A stretch of 64,000 bases of DNA from an uncultured delta proteobacterium. GTDB lineage: Bacteria; Desulfobacterota; Desulfobacteria; Desulfobacterales; SG8-13. Below the pieces are notes generated by a model, which saw only the letters and a list, made by a program, of their open reading frames with translations, was not told the DNA's origin and ran no database searches. The stretch lies in NCBI GenBank assembly GCA_963848135.1, contig CAWKCK010000018.1, positions 758,938 to 822,937 of the forward strand, given 5' to 3'. Positions 52,219-61,981 of this stretch are shown here, one piece after another (within the stretch, counting starts at the first letter, position 1; each line of letters opens with the position of its first letter). Both the position numbers and the translations under genes were made by a program.

Positions 52219-53145
52219 ATGTCACCGCCGCGTCCGATGAAACCACCGCAAGACAAGTCCCACGCTTGCATCTGGATGCAAGCGGGCGTTGTCAGCCACA
52301 AATTCTGCCTTCACAACTATCAATGCATGGCCTGCCGCTATGACCGGGTCTTACACCGACTGGCAGAAGAAAACCGCAAGCTCAGAGCCATGGGAATCAT
52401 GGGCTCGGGCAAACGGGCATGCATCGTCTCATGGAGAGATAAACTCTTAGAGACGCCGCCTGCCAGGCGGCCATGCTTGCATCATATGACAGCCCGTATC
52501 GACTTCAAAGCCTGTACCAACGCGTACCAATGCTCCGATTGTGAGTTCGATCAGTATTTTGACGATCAGTTCAGTGTACATGCTGCCCTAAAGCCAATCG
52601 GCCTCATCGATATCCAGGGGTTCAAATTTCCGCACGGGATCTATCTTCACCCCGGCCATACCTGGGTGAAAATCGAAGAAGACAACACCGTCCGGGTCGG
52701 CCTGGATGAATTCATTTTACGGGCCCTCGGTCCATTGGACAGTATTTCAATGCCCTTGCTGGGCAAAGAGGTTCAACAGGACCAGCCGGTCATCACCCTG
52801 GCCCGCGGGGCAAATATTGTCAAAATGCTATCGCCGATAAGCGGTGTGGTCACGGCCGCCAACTCGAAAATGACGACTCTTTCGGTCGTCGGCAACGCCG
52901 ACGCTTATGCCGACGGATGGATCTTACGCATTCATACCGATGACCTGCGCCAAGAGTTGAAAAATTTGAAGATGGGGGCAGAAATGACCGAATTCATCGG
53001 CGAGGAAATCGAGCATCTCTTTAGGGAAATCGAAGATGCCGTCGGCCCGCTGGCTGCCGACGGTGGTCAGTTGGTTGAAGATATCTGTGGCAAACTGCCG
53101 CAGTTGGACTGGAACAAACTCGCCCGGTCGTTCTTGCGGACGTAA
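52219..53145 (+). CDS. Cys-rich GcvH-like protein 2 (no lipoyl-Lys)
   Basis: YLHPGHTWVKIE..RVGLDEF..SPISGVVTAAN..YADGWI; the same two Cys4 motifs; RBS gaggag. Confidence 0.85.
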   Translation: MSPPRPMKPPQDKSHACIWMQAGVVSHKFCLHNYQCMACRYDRVLHRLAEENRKLRAMGIMGSGKRACIVSWRDKLLETPPARRPCLHHMTARIDFKACTNAYQCSDCEFDQYFDDQFSVHAALKPIGLIDIQGFKFPHGIYLHPGHTWVKIEEDNTVRVGLDEFILRALGPLDSISMPLLGKEVQQDQPVITLARGANIVKMLSPISGVVTAANSKMTTLSVVGNADAYADGWILRIHTDDLRQELKNLKMGAEMTEFIGEEIEHLFREIEDAVGPLAADGGQLVEDICGKLPQLDWNKLARSFLRT

Positions 53146-53201
53146 CCGCCAAGCGATTGGGGTGGGCACAGCGGGTTTATCAAATTTAATTCATTCGGAA
53201 A

Positions 53202-53768
53202 TTACTTCTCCTTCATCTCTAACCTGTTTATTTCATCGACCAACATCACCCGGCAGTGCCGGCAGAGTTGATCCGTCTTGCGATCGACGTCCGCAATACT
53301 CCGGCAGTAGTGCATAACGCAATTGCGCTCGGGGCAGTGCCTCAGTTTGAAAGTGTGCCCGAGTTCGTGAATGGCCTCCTTGACCACCCGCTGGTGAAAT
53401 GGGTTACCCGGTCGGGATGTCGGGGTTTCTTCCGCCAAACGACAGGTCGAAATGATGCAGGTCTTGCCCCCCAACTGGGCCTCACCGTAAACATGGGTTA
53501 ATATCGGGATAAAAAGGTCCTTGGTGGTAATTCCAAGAACTTTGACTGCGTGGGAGGGCGCTGCAGCAGCCAGTTTTTCAAGTATTAGAGTGGAATAATA
53601 TTGCCGACGCTCCGGGTCAAACGCAAATTCAACCCGAGGAATGAGCGGCAATATCTCCGTTCGGAAGCCGAAAATCCGAAGCACTTCACTGCTGATCACA
53701 TCGGAAAGAGCGGAATCAATATCTCCGATGGGGGAGACAACAATCCGGTATTCCTGGCTGTCAATCAA
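53202..53768 (-). CDS. Archaemetzincin-family (M54) Zn metalloprotease
   Basis: HELGHTFKLRH-C-x4-CVM...LCxxC; RRQYYS and VYGEA motifs. Confidence 0.88.
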   Translation of the reverse strand: MIDSQEYRIVVSPIGDIDSALSDVISSEVLRIFGFRTEILPLIPRVEFAFDPERRQYYSTLILEKLAAAAPSHAVKVLGITTKDLFIPILTHVYGEAQLGGKTCIISTCRLAEETPTSRPGNPFHQRVVKEAIHELGHTFKLRHCPERNCVMHYCRSIADVDRKTDQLCRHCRVMLVDEINRLEMKEK

Positions 53769-55108
53769 TCTTCTTTCCGAAGGTTGTAGCGTTTGATCTT
53801 ATTGTACAGGGTCGACCGGTCAATACCAAGAATTTTGGCGCATCTAACGATGTTCCAGCTGTTATCATTGAGAATACGCTGGATGTGCGATTTCTCTATT
53901 TCACCAAGGGAGTCGTCGGACGGGACCGAAAAATGCCGGGTGCAATAGAAAGGCAAACACAACGGTTGGATCTTGCGGTCCTTTCCGATCACTACCGCAC
54001 GTTCGATGGCGTTTTCAAGCTCCCTGACATTACCGGGCCAATCATGGAGCATCATTTCGTCTATCGTTTCCCGGCTGAACCCGTCAATCGCTTTATTGGT
54101 TTCCTGGGTAAACCGGTATAAGAAGTGTTCGGCCAGAAGGGGAATATCTTCCTTACGCTTTCGGAGAGCAGGCATCTGGAATGAAATGACATTCAGGCGG
54201 TAGTACAAATCTTCACGAAAAACTTCTTTTGCAATGGCTTCTTTAAGGTTCCTATTGGTGGCGGCGATGATGCGGAAATCCGCCTCGATCGGCTGGGTCC
54301 CGCCGACACGGTAGAAAACCCGGTCTTCCAGGACCCGCAGCAAATCGATTTGCATGCGCATGCTTATTTCTCCGATTTCATCCAGAAACAGGGTCCCACC
54401 GTGGGCCAGTTCGAGCCGACCTTTCTTCGTCTCTTTGGCATCCGTAAATGCCCCTTTCTGGTGGCCGAACAGTTCGCTCTCCATCAGGTGCTCGGGAATC
54501 GCACCGCAATTGACGATAACGAAAGGACCTTCGCAACGCGGGCTGTGTGTGTGAATCGCCTTGGCCGCCAGCCCCTTACCAGTGCCGGTTTCGCCGGTAA
54601 TCAACACTGTTGATTCCGTTGGGGCCACATCACAGATGAGTTCAAATACCGTCTGCATCGGCTTGGACTGGCCGATCATACTCTCAAACCGGGTTCGCTC
54701 CCGGACCTGTTCTCTCAAATAAAGGTTTTCGCGAAATTGGGCCTGTAGTTTGACAATTTTTTCGATCAGTAATCCCAATTCGTTGGGGTCGAACGGTTTG
54801 AGCAGGTAGTCATAGGCGCCGTTCTTCATCGCATCGATTGCGGTTGAGATAGACCCGTAGGCGGTGATCATCACCACGGCCACATCCGGATCGTCCTCTT
54901 TCACCCGTCTAAGGACGTCCAGGCCGCTAATTCCTTCCATCTTGATGTCCACCAGCAGGATGTCGAAGTGGGTAAGCTTTAACTTATCCAGGGCCTCTTC
55001 ACCGCTGCCCGCGACATCAACTGCGTATCCATCTCTCTCCAACCAACCGAGCAATGATTCGCGCATGATGTGTTCGTCATCGACGATCAGGATCTTGGTG
55101 CCGCCCAT
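53765..55108 (-). CDS. Sigma54-dependent response regulator (NtrC/AtoC family)
   Basis: Receiver, GETGTGK, GAFTDA, LFLDEIG, WPGNVREL, HTH. Confidence 0.94.
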   Translation of the reverse strand: MGGTKILIVDDEHIMRESLLGWLERDGYAVDVAGSGEEALDKLKLTHFDILLVDIKMEGISGLDVLRRVKEDDPDVAVVMITAYGSISTAIDAMKNGAYDYLLKPFDPNELGLLIEKIVKLQAQFRENLYLREQVRERTRFESMIGQSKPMQTVFELICDVAPTESTVLITGETGTGKGLAAKAIHTHSPRCEGPFVIVNCGAIPEHLMESELFGHQKGAFTDAKETKKGRLELAHGGTLFLDEIGEISMRMQIDLLRVLEDRVFYRVGGTQPIEADFRIIAATNRNLKEAIAKEVFREDLYYRLNVISFQMPALRKRKEDIPLLAEHFLYRFTQETNKAIDGFSRETIDEMMLHDWPGNVRELENAIERAVVIGKDRKIQPLCLPFYCTRHFSVPSDDSLGEIEKSHIQRILNDNSWNIVRCAKILGIDRSTLYNKIKRYNLRKED

Positions 55109-56672
55109 CGATTCCTCCGTGATGTTCAGTCGCTGGTGTCACCGGCCCCAGGGGAAGATTTACCCTGAAATTGGTCCCCTCTCCGAGGTCGGACTCCACA
55201 TAAATATAGCCGCCATGCTCCTTGATGATCCCGTATGCGACGGAAAGTCCCAATCCGACGCCTTTGCCGTCCTTTTTCGTGCTGAAGAAGGGCTCAAACA
55301 ACCTCGAAAAGTTTTCTTTTGGGATGCCGATGCCGTTGTCGCTGAATTTGACAACGACCCGGTGTTCGCTCGCTGCGTGCTGGGTATCGATCGTCAGAAT
55401 CCCGCCGTCTTTGCCTTCCATGGCCTCTGCGGCATTGGAAATCAGATTCATGAAAACCTGCTGAAGTTGATCTTCGGATCCGACAATATCCGGCAGCTTT
55501 GGATCGAAAGTCTTCTCCACCTGCACGCGATGTAATTTTAGCAGGTTGGCATTCAGGATAAGGGTCTTTTCGATCAGCCGGTTGATGTTGAGCGGTTCCA
55601 GCGCCATTCGGTTATGGCGGGAGAAAGCCAGCAGGTTGGTGACGATAGAGCTGATGCGCCGGGTCTCCTTTTCCATCAGATCGAGATACTGGCCGAACCG
55701 GTCGATTTCTTTCTGTTCCACCGGTCCTTCGCTGATGATCCGCTTTATGAGCATATTCAGGTTCAATATGCCGGCGATGGGGTTGTTGATTTCATGGACG
55801 ACCGCGGCGGCAAGTTTTCCGAGTGAGGCCATCTTGTCCTGATGGAGGAGCTTGGCATGGGTCTCCCGAAGCTGACGGGTTCGCTGGTCGACCATCTCCT
55901 CCAGCCGTCGCGTGATTTCCTCCTCTTCTTTGAGGCGCTTGGTGATATCCCGGCTAATGTGAATAAACTTGGATATCTTCCCGTCCGATTCCCAGATCGG
56001 GAACACATCCACTTCGAAGTGCCGGGTTTCGCCGTCAGCCCCGATCCGTGAACGGACTTGACGGCAATGGGTCTTGTTTCGGATGACATTTCTTAGAGGA
56101 CAAATCTTCTCCACTTCATCGCACTGGTGATTCAGGCGGGCGTAGACTTCGTGGCATTTGCGCCCAATCACCTCATTCTTCTCCCAACCGGTTTGGTTCA
56201 GGAAAGCCTCATTGACCTCGATGATATCCATCTCTGGGGTGATCACCAAAATGAGATCCTGAATGCCGTTAATGATGGTTTCCATCGCGGTTTTCTGCTC
56301 GCGCAATTTGCGCTCTTCTGATCCAATGGCATTCCAGAAAATCTCGAATACATGCTGGGACATAATGCGGATACGGTGCGGACGCGTGGCGAGAATATCG
56401 TCGAGAATGTGCTGTTCGGAGGTCAGAATGATAATCAGGTGGATGTTATAACGCCGATCATACAGATCGTGATAGTCTCGAAAGGTCAGCAACCCTAGTT
56501 CTCGCGCGCGAAGCATGCCGATAGTGGTCGGATCCGGATCGGCCACCGCCAGAATGGGCGCATCGACGCCTTCCTGCATATAGTCGAACGTCGTTTTCTC
56601 GAGGACGTCTTTGCACAATCCGTCCCCTCCAACCAAAGCGATGTTAACGATGGAGGTTTTTTTGTTCTGCAT
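55077..56672 (-). CDS. Histidine kinase with N-terminal Rossmann-like domain and Cys-containing PAS
   Basis: ATG 56672 after ggagg; HEINNP H-box, DNGIGI, GVGLGL; N-terminus NIALVGG..ILAVADPD. Confidence 0.9.
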   Translation of the reverse strand: MQNKKTSIVNIALVGGDGLCKDVLEKTTFDYMQEGVDAPILAVADPDPTTIGMLRARELGLLTFRDYHDLYDRRYNIHLIIILTSEQHILDDILATRPHRIRIMSQHVFEIFWNAIGSEERKLREQKTAMETIINGIQDLILVITPEMDIIEVNEAFLNQTGWEKNEVIGRKCHEVYARLNHQCDEVEKICPLRNVIRNKTHCRQVRSRIGADGETRHFEVDVFPIWESDGKISKFIHISRDITKRLKEEEEITRRLEEMVDQRTRQLRETHAKLLHQDKMASLGKLAAAVVHEINNPIAGILNLNMLIKRIISEGPVEQKEIDRFGQYLDLMEKETRRISSIVTNLLAFSRHNRMALEPLNINRLIEKTLILNANLLKLHRVQVEKTFDPKLPDIVGSEDQLQQVFMNLISNAAEAMEGKDGGILTIDTQHAASEHRVVVKFSDNGIGIPKENFSRLFEPFFSTKKDGKGVGLGLSVAYGIIKEHGGYIYVESDLGEGTNFRVNLPLGPVTPATEHHGGIDGRHQDPDRR

Positions 56673-56887
56673 GAAAAAGCCTCCGAAATTGAATCGTGCC
56701 AGCTGGTGGAATCCGGGTTGGCGGATTCCTCTATCGGTGTGCCCGAAGGCACGAGTGCAGAAAAACAAGGGGGGGGGGTTAAGAGCATCTCAAAATCGCG
56801 ACCTTAGATGGTTTACCACAGGATATTTTGAATTGCAACGCATCCCCCACCAGGGGGAAATTGGGACCTAATTTGAGCGATTGTCGA

Positions 56888-56969
56888 GGTTGCCGCAGAT
56901 ACAAGAAAGATGTCGTTCCGCTATAGTCAGCTATGCGGAACGGCATATGACGCCGTAAATGCGGCAACC
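56888..56969. repeat. Long palindromic element (MITE/REP-like)
   Basis: ggttgccgca/tgcggcaacc outer arms and atgtcgttccgc/gcggaacggcat inner arms. Confidence 0.55.
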
Positions 56970-57221
56970 CTCCAGAGGCGGATAAAGATCGGCAATCCTG
57001 ACGGGTTTCAAATTTTAAAATCAAACTTTGATAGAATTCCTTAATTATAAAGCAGTTCCCCCTCCATTTAAAATTTGAAACGCTTACTTTAGGTGGGATT
57101 TAGTACACCGGCTTCCTGCAGAATGCGCACTTTTAATGGCACACCGGACAGCGATGCAACTCATGACCATTGCATATCCTGCATATCAGAACCTAATTTA
57201 GAAGCAGCCTGGGTTCATCGA

Positions 57222-57641
57222 TTACCGGACGACCATTACGGTGCAGGGCGCATCTCTGGCAACTTTAGTGCTGACACTACCCAGCAACAAACCTTCCAAT
57301 GATCCCATTCCCCGAGTCCCCATGATGATTAAATCAGCATTGCGGGTTCTTGCGACCGAGAGAATCGCCTCAGCCGCCGGTCCTTCGAGAAGATTTTCTT
57401 CCACGGTCATATCTGTGTTATTAAACTGCGCCCGCGCGTCGTCCAAAATCTTTTGACCGGCACTTTTTCGTTGGGCAACCAGCCTTTCATACTCCTCCTT
57501 CCCGCGGAGATCCGATGTATGAGAGTATGCATGCACGATGATCAAATCAGCTCCGCCACTTTCTGCCAACCCGATGGCATATTTCAAGGCCTTTGCACTC
57601 TGATCGGATCCATCTAGGGCCAGGACAATCAGTTTAAACAT
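57222..57641 (-). CDS. Universal stress protein (UspA family)
   Basis: IVLALDGS..., DLIIMGTRGMG..LLGSVS..APCTVMVV. Confidence 0.92.
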   Translation of the reverse strand: MFKLIVLALDGSDQSAKALKYAIGLAESGGADLIIVHAYSHTSDLRGKEEYERLVAQRKSAGQKILDDARAQFNNTDMTVEENLLEGPAAEAILSVARTRNADLIIMGTRGMGSLEGLLLGSVSTKVARDAPCTVMVVR

Positions 57642-58089
57642 GGCTGTCTCCATCGTTAAGGGTATACCGATTCTCAATAATTATCCATCCAACTTTGTTA
57701 GTAGTATTGCAGTACGGTTTAAATTCCAAACCATAATTGCGTTTTTCTCTATGGTCAATATCCCCCGACAAACTAAGTTGAACGCCTCAAAACCGAGCAA
57801 TGACCGATAAAAAATAAACTAAAATTTTTAAATAAATAATATTTACTGAATAAAACCCAAATTTTAAAAATGTATCGTAATTTACTTAATTAATTTGCCT
57901 ATTACAAAGGCCTTGACAGCACATTTCACGTTGTGGCATATGAACGCCTTGGCGGCCGTTACCTTATTATATGCGATCGCAAATTTCGGCACCTCTCGAA
58001 ATACCATCTGGGTTTAATGTTTGAACCCCATAATCCCTGGCCTGTGAATGTTTTCATCAGGCCGCCAGCAAAGGATCGGAATTGAGGTT

Positions 58090-61000
58090 ATGAGCAAAAA
58101 CAAACCGATTGGATCTGTGTTGGTCATCGGCGGCGGTATTACCGGCATGCAATCAGCCATCGATCTGGCCGACGCCGGCTTTTTCGTCTACCTTGTGGAA
58201 AAATCCCCAGCGATCGGCGGGGCCATGGCCCAGCTGGACAAGACCTTTCCCACCAACGACTGTTCGATGTGAATTATCTCTCCCAAACTGGTCGAGGTCG
58301 GCCGGCACCTGAACATCGAACTGCATACCCTCTCCGAGGTCACCCAAATCGACGGAGAAGAGGGCAATTTCACCGTATCCGTAAAGAAATCCCCCCGCTA
58401 CATCGACATGGAAAAATGCATTGCCTGCGGTCTTTGCGCAGAAAAATGCCCCGCCAAGACGGTCGATGAGTTCAACGAGGGAATTTCCAAACGCAAAGCC
58501 GCTTTCATTCCCTATGCCCAGGCGGTTCCCCTGAAATACGTTATCGACCCGGCAAGGTGCATCTACTTCAAAAACGGCAAATGCAAAGCGTGTCAGAAAT
58601 TCTGCCCGACTGAAGCCGTTAATTTCGACGAAAAAGAAGAAAACCTGACCCTCAACGTGGGTTCGGTTGTCGTCACTGCCGGCTATGAACCCTTCGATCC
58701 GGCTAAGTTCGACAATTATCAATATGCCGGATTACCCAATGTCGTGACGAGCATGGAATTCGAACGGATTCTATCCGCCGGTGGCCCCACGACCGGCCAT
58801 GTCCTCAGACCGTCCGACGGCAAAGATCCTCAAAAAATCGCCTGGCTGCAGTGCGTCGGGTCGCGGGATATGAACAAATGCGACAATCCGTATTGTTCTT
58901 CGGTCTGCTGCATGTACGCCATTAAGGAAGCCGTTATCGCCAAAGAGCACGTCGGCAAGGATTTCGAACCGACAATCTTCTTCATGGACATGCGGACCCA
59001 CGGCAAGGAATTCGAAAAATATTACAACCGCGCCAAATCCCAGGGCGTGCGCTTCATCCGCAGCAAGGTCCACTCCATCACCCAAGTGGATGACAGCGGC
59101 ACCCTTCAACTGGAATACGTGTCGGAAGACGGTCGGCGGATAATTGAAACGTTCGATATGGCTGTGCTCTCTGTCGGAATGGAACCATCGCGTTCCGCCG
59201 CGGACCTTGCAGATACCTTGGGGATAGAACTCAACGAATACCGTTTTGTTAAAACTGAAGATACTGCCCCGGTGGTCTCCTCACGACCCGGCGTATACGT
59301 GGCCGGCGTGCTCCAGGGCTGCAAGGATATCCCCCAGTCCGTCATGGAGGCCAGTGCCGCCGCCTGTAGCGCCGGTATGGCTCTGGCAGCGGCCCGGGGA
59401 AGCCTCGTCAAGGAAAAGACGTTCCCGGATGAAAAAGCCGTGGCGGAGGAAGATCCACGCATCGGGGTATTCGTCTGCAACTGTGGCGTCAACATCGGTG
59501 GTATCGCCGATGTGCCGGCTGTCACCGAATATTCCAGGTCTCTGCCGAATGTGGTCTTTGCTGAAGAAAACCTCTTTTCCTGCAGCCAGGACACCCAGGA
59601 CAGAATGGTGGGGATCATCAAGGAAAACAATCTTAACCGCATCGTGGTAGCGGCCTGCACCCCCAGAACCCACGAACCCCTGTTTCAGGAGACCATCCGC
59701 AATGCCGGCATTAATGCCTACCTTTTCGAAATGGCAAACATCAGAAACCAATGCACCTGGGTGCACTCCGCCGACAAGCCGACGGCCACTGAAAAAGCCA
59801 AGGATCTGGTGCGGATGGCCGTTTCCAAGGCCTCTTTGCTGGAACCGATCCCGGATATATCCGTCGCAGTCGATAAGACTGCCCTGGTGATCGGCGGTGG
59901 TGCGGCCGGAATGACCGCAGCGCTCAGCCTGGCCAAACAGGGTTTCCCAGCGACCCTCGTCGAAAAAACCGCTGAACTGGGCGGCTCCGCCCGCGACGTG
60001 GTCAAGACCTGGCAGGGTAACAACGTCAAGGAATTTCTGGACGAATTGAAAACCGAAGTCGAGAATCACCCCGATATCGATGTCCTGCTCGAATCGGAAG
60101 TCATCGGCGCCTCCGGGTTCGTCGGTAATTTCGAAACCGAGGTGGCCGCAAACGGAAATAACCGGACCGTCAAACACGGGGCCACCATCATCGCCACCGG
60201 CGGCCAGGCGGCCGAATCGGATGAGTATCTCTACGGAAAAAATATTCGCGTCACCCGCTGGCACGAACTGGAAAACAACCCGGACCAGTTGAAAGACGCC
60301 AAGAGTGTCGTGTTCATCCAATGCGTCGGATCCCGGGACGACAACCGACCATACTGCTCGAGAATCTGTTGCACGTCTTCGGTTTCCCAGGCCATCAGCA
60401 TCAAAGAGGCGCATCCGGATACCGACGTGTTCATTCTTTACCGCGACATTCGCACGTATAGCGAGCGGGAACTCTTGTACAAAAAAGCCCGCCAACTGGG
60501 TGTCATCTTCGTCCGTTATACCCTCGAAGACAAACCGGAGGTTCTGGAAACCGATGACGGCCTGCTGGTGCGGGTATTCGATCCGATTCTCCAGCAGCGC
60601 CTGGAAATCAGTACCGACCTGGTCAATCTGGCGACGGCTGTCATACCGGCCGACAACAGCAAACTGGCCGAGATCTATAAACTGCCGGTCAACGAAGATA
60701 AATTTTTCATGGAAGCGCACGCCAAGCTGCGGCCGGTGGACTTTGCCTCCGACGGGCTCTTTGTCTGTGGGTTGGCCCATTATCCCAAGTCCCTGGATGA
60801 GAGCATCGGTCAGGCCATGGCCGCTGCCGGCCGGGCAGCAACAGTGTTGGCCAAACCGTCGATTCAGATCTCTCCGCTGGTTTCCCAGGTCGATGCCGAA
60901 CAATGCATCGGCTGCGGTTTATGCGCCGAGGTCTGCCCGTTCGGTGCCATCAGCCTCGAGGCGGTGGAAGGAAAAGGATATCGCGCCAAAAACATCCCGG

Positions 61001-61110
61001 CCTCATGCAAAGGCTGCGGATTGTGCGCAGCCTCGTGCCCTAAGAAAGCGATCGACATGCTGCATTTCCGTGACGAACAGATAATGGCCGCGGTGCGGGC
61101 CGTCGTTTAG
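58090..61110 (+). CDS. hdrA: Heterodisulfide reductase subunit A-like flavoprotein, selenoprotein (Sec61), ~1006 aa
   Basis: [28 protein letters not shown] (58270-58272), in frame with ORF 58408..61110; two QCVGSR/CSxxCC repeats; ferredoxin motifs. Confidence 0.92.
58288..58305 (+). promoter_or_regulatory. SECIS hairpin
   Basis: ctggtcg-aggt-cggccgg; GG at +24. Confidence 0.75.
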
Positions 61111-61220
61111 AAACAGGTTAGCGTTATGAGGTAACCGGTCATAAGGGTATGAATGTCATCCTCTTATATACCTGGACACCAATAACCGATCACCCACAAC
61201 CCGAATTTAAAGGTGATTTC

Positions 61221-61970
61221 ATGTCAGACTTTGAACCGAAAATCGTGGCTTTTCTCTGCAACTGGTGCGCCTATGCCGGGGCCGACCTGGCCGGTGTCTC
61301 ACGGTTGCAGTACCCACCCAACATGCGGACCGTGCGCGTGATGTGTTCCGGCAGGGTCGATCCGCTCTTCATCGTCAAAGCCTTCAAGCAGGGCTGCGAT
61401 GGGGCCCTTGTGGCGGGGTGACATTTCGGTGATTGCCATTACCTGGAAGGTAATGTTCAAGCTGACAAGAAGATCCGACTCACCCGTAAATTGATGGACC
61501 TGGCCGGCATCGGCAGCGACCGGCTGCACCTGGCCTGGGTCTCTTCGGCTGAAGCCCAGCGATTTGTCGATGTCGTCACCGGTGTGACGGAATCGATCAA
61601 AAACCAGGGCAAGTTCGACCCTGAGGTTTACAACCTGCAACTTGAAGCAGCGGAAGAAACCTTGAGCGGCGAGGCGGCCCGGTGGCTGGTGGGCAAAGAG
61701 CTCCATATCACCACCAAAGGGGATGTTTACGGTCGCCCCTGGGATGTCGACAGTTTCGAAAAGATCATCGATGCGAGTATCGAGCGAGAATATCATAAAA
61801 ACCTGATTCTGCAGGCGATCAAAAACGGCAGCACGGCGCCCAGGGACATCAGCAGCAGAATCGGACTGGATCTGAGGCGGATATCCTACCTGCTGGCCGA
61901 CATGGAAAAGACCAACATGGTTGAATTCAAAAAGATGGAAGCGTGTAAACCCGTATTTGCTGCGCTATAA
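61221..61970 (+). CDS. mvhD: MvhD [2Fe-2S] protein with C-terminal winged-helix-like extension, selenoprotein (Sec67)
   Basis: FLCNWCAYAGAD, RVMCSGRV, VAG-UGA-HFGDCHY (61419-61421); open into ORF 61491..61970. Confidence 0.9.
61437..61455 (+). promoter_or_regulatory. SECIS hairpin
   Basis: Perfect 8-bp stem cattacct-GGA-aggtaatg; loop at +24. Confidence 0.8.
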
Positions 61971-61981
61971 GGAGTTTGTTT

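Noticed and set aside
51106..53145. Calling these genes gcvH
   Set aside because: No lipoyl lysine, extra Cys domains, no gcvPT nearby
57934..57947. Sigma54-like TGGCAT upstream of hdrA
   Set aside because: GG-to-GC spacing is 9, not 10; a nearby TTGACA (57913) suggests sigma70 but the -10 is weak
59281..60903. 540-aa minus-strand ORF (and similar long antisense ORFs at 6973, 33909, 62615)
   Set aside because: Antisense shadows of GC-rich genes; no recognisable motifs
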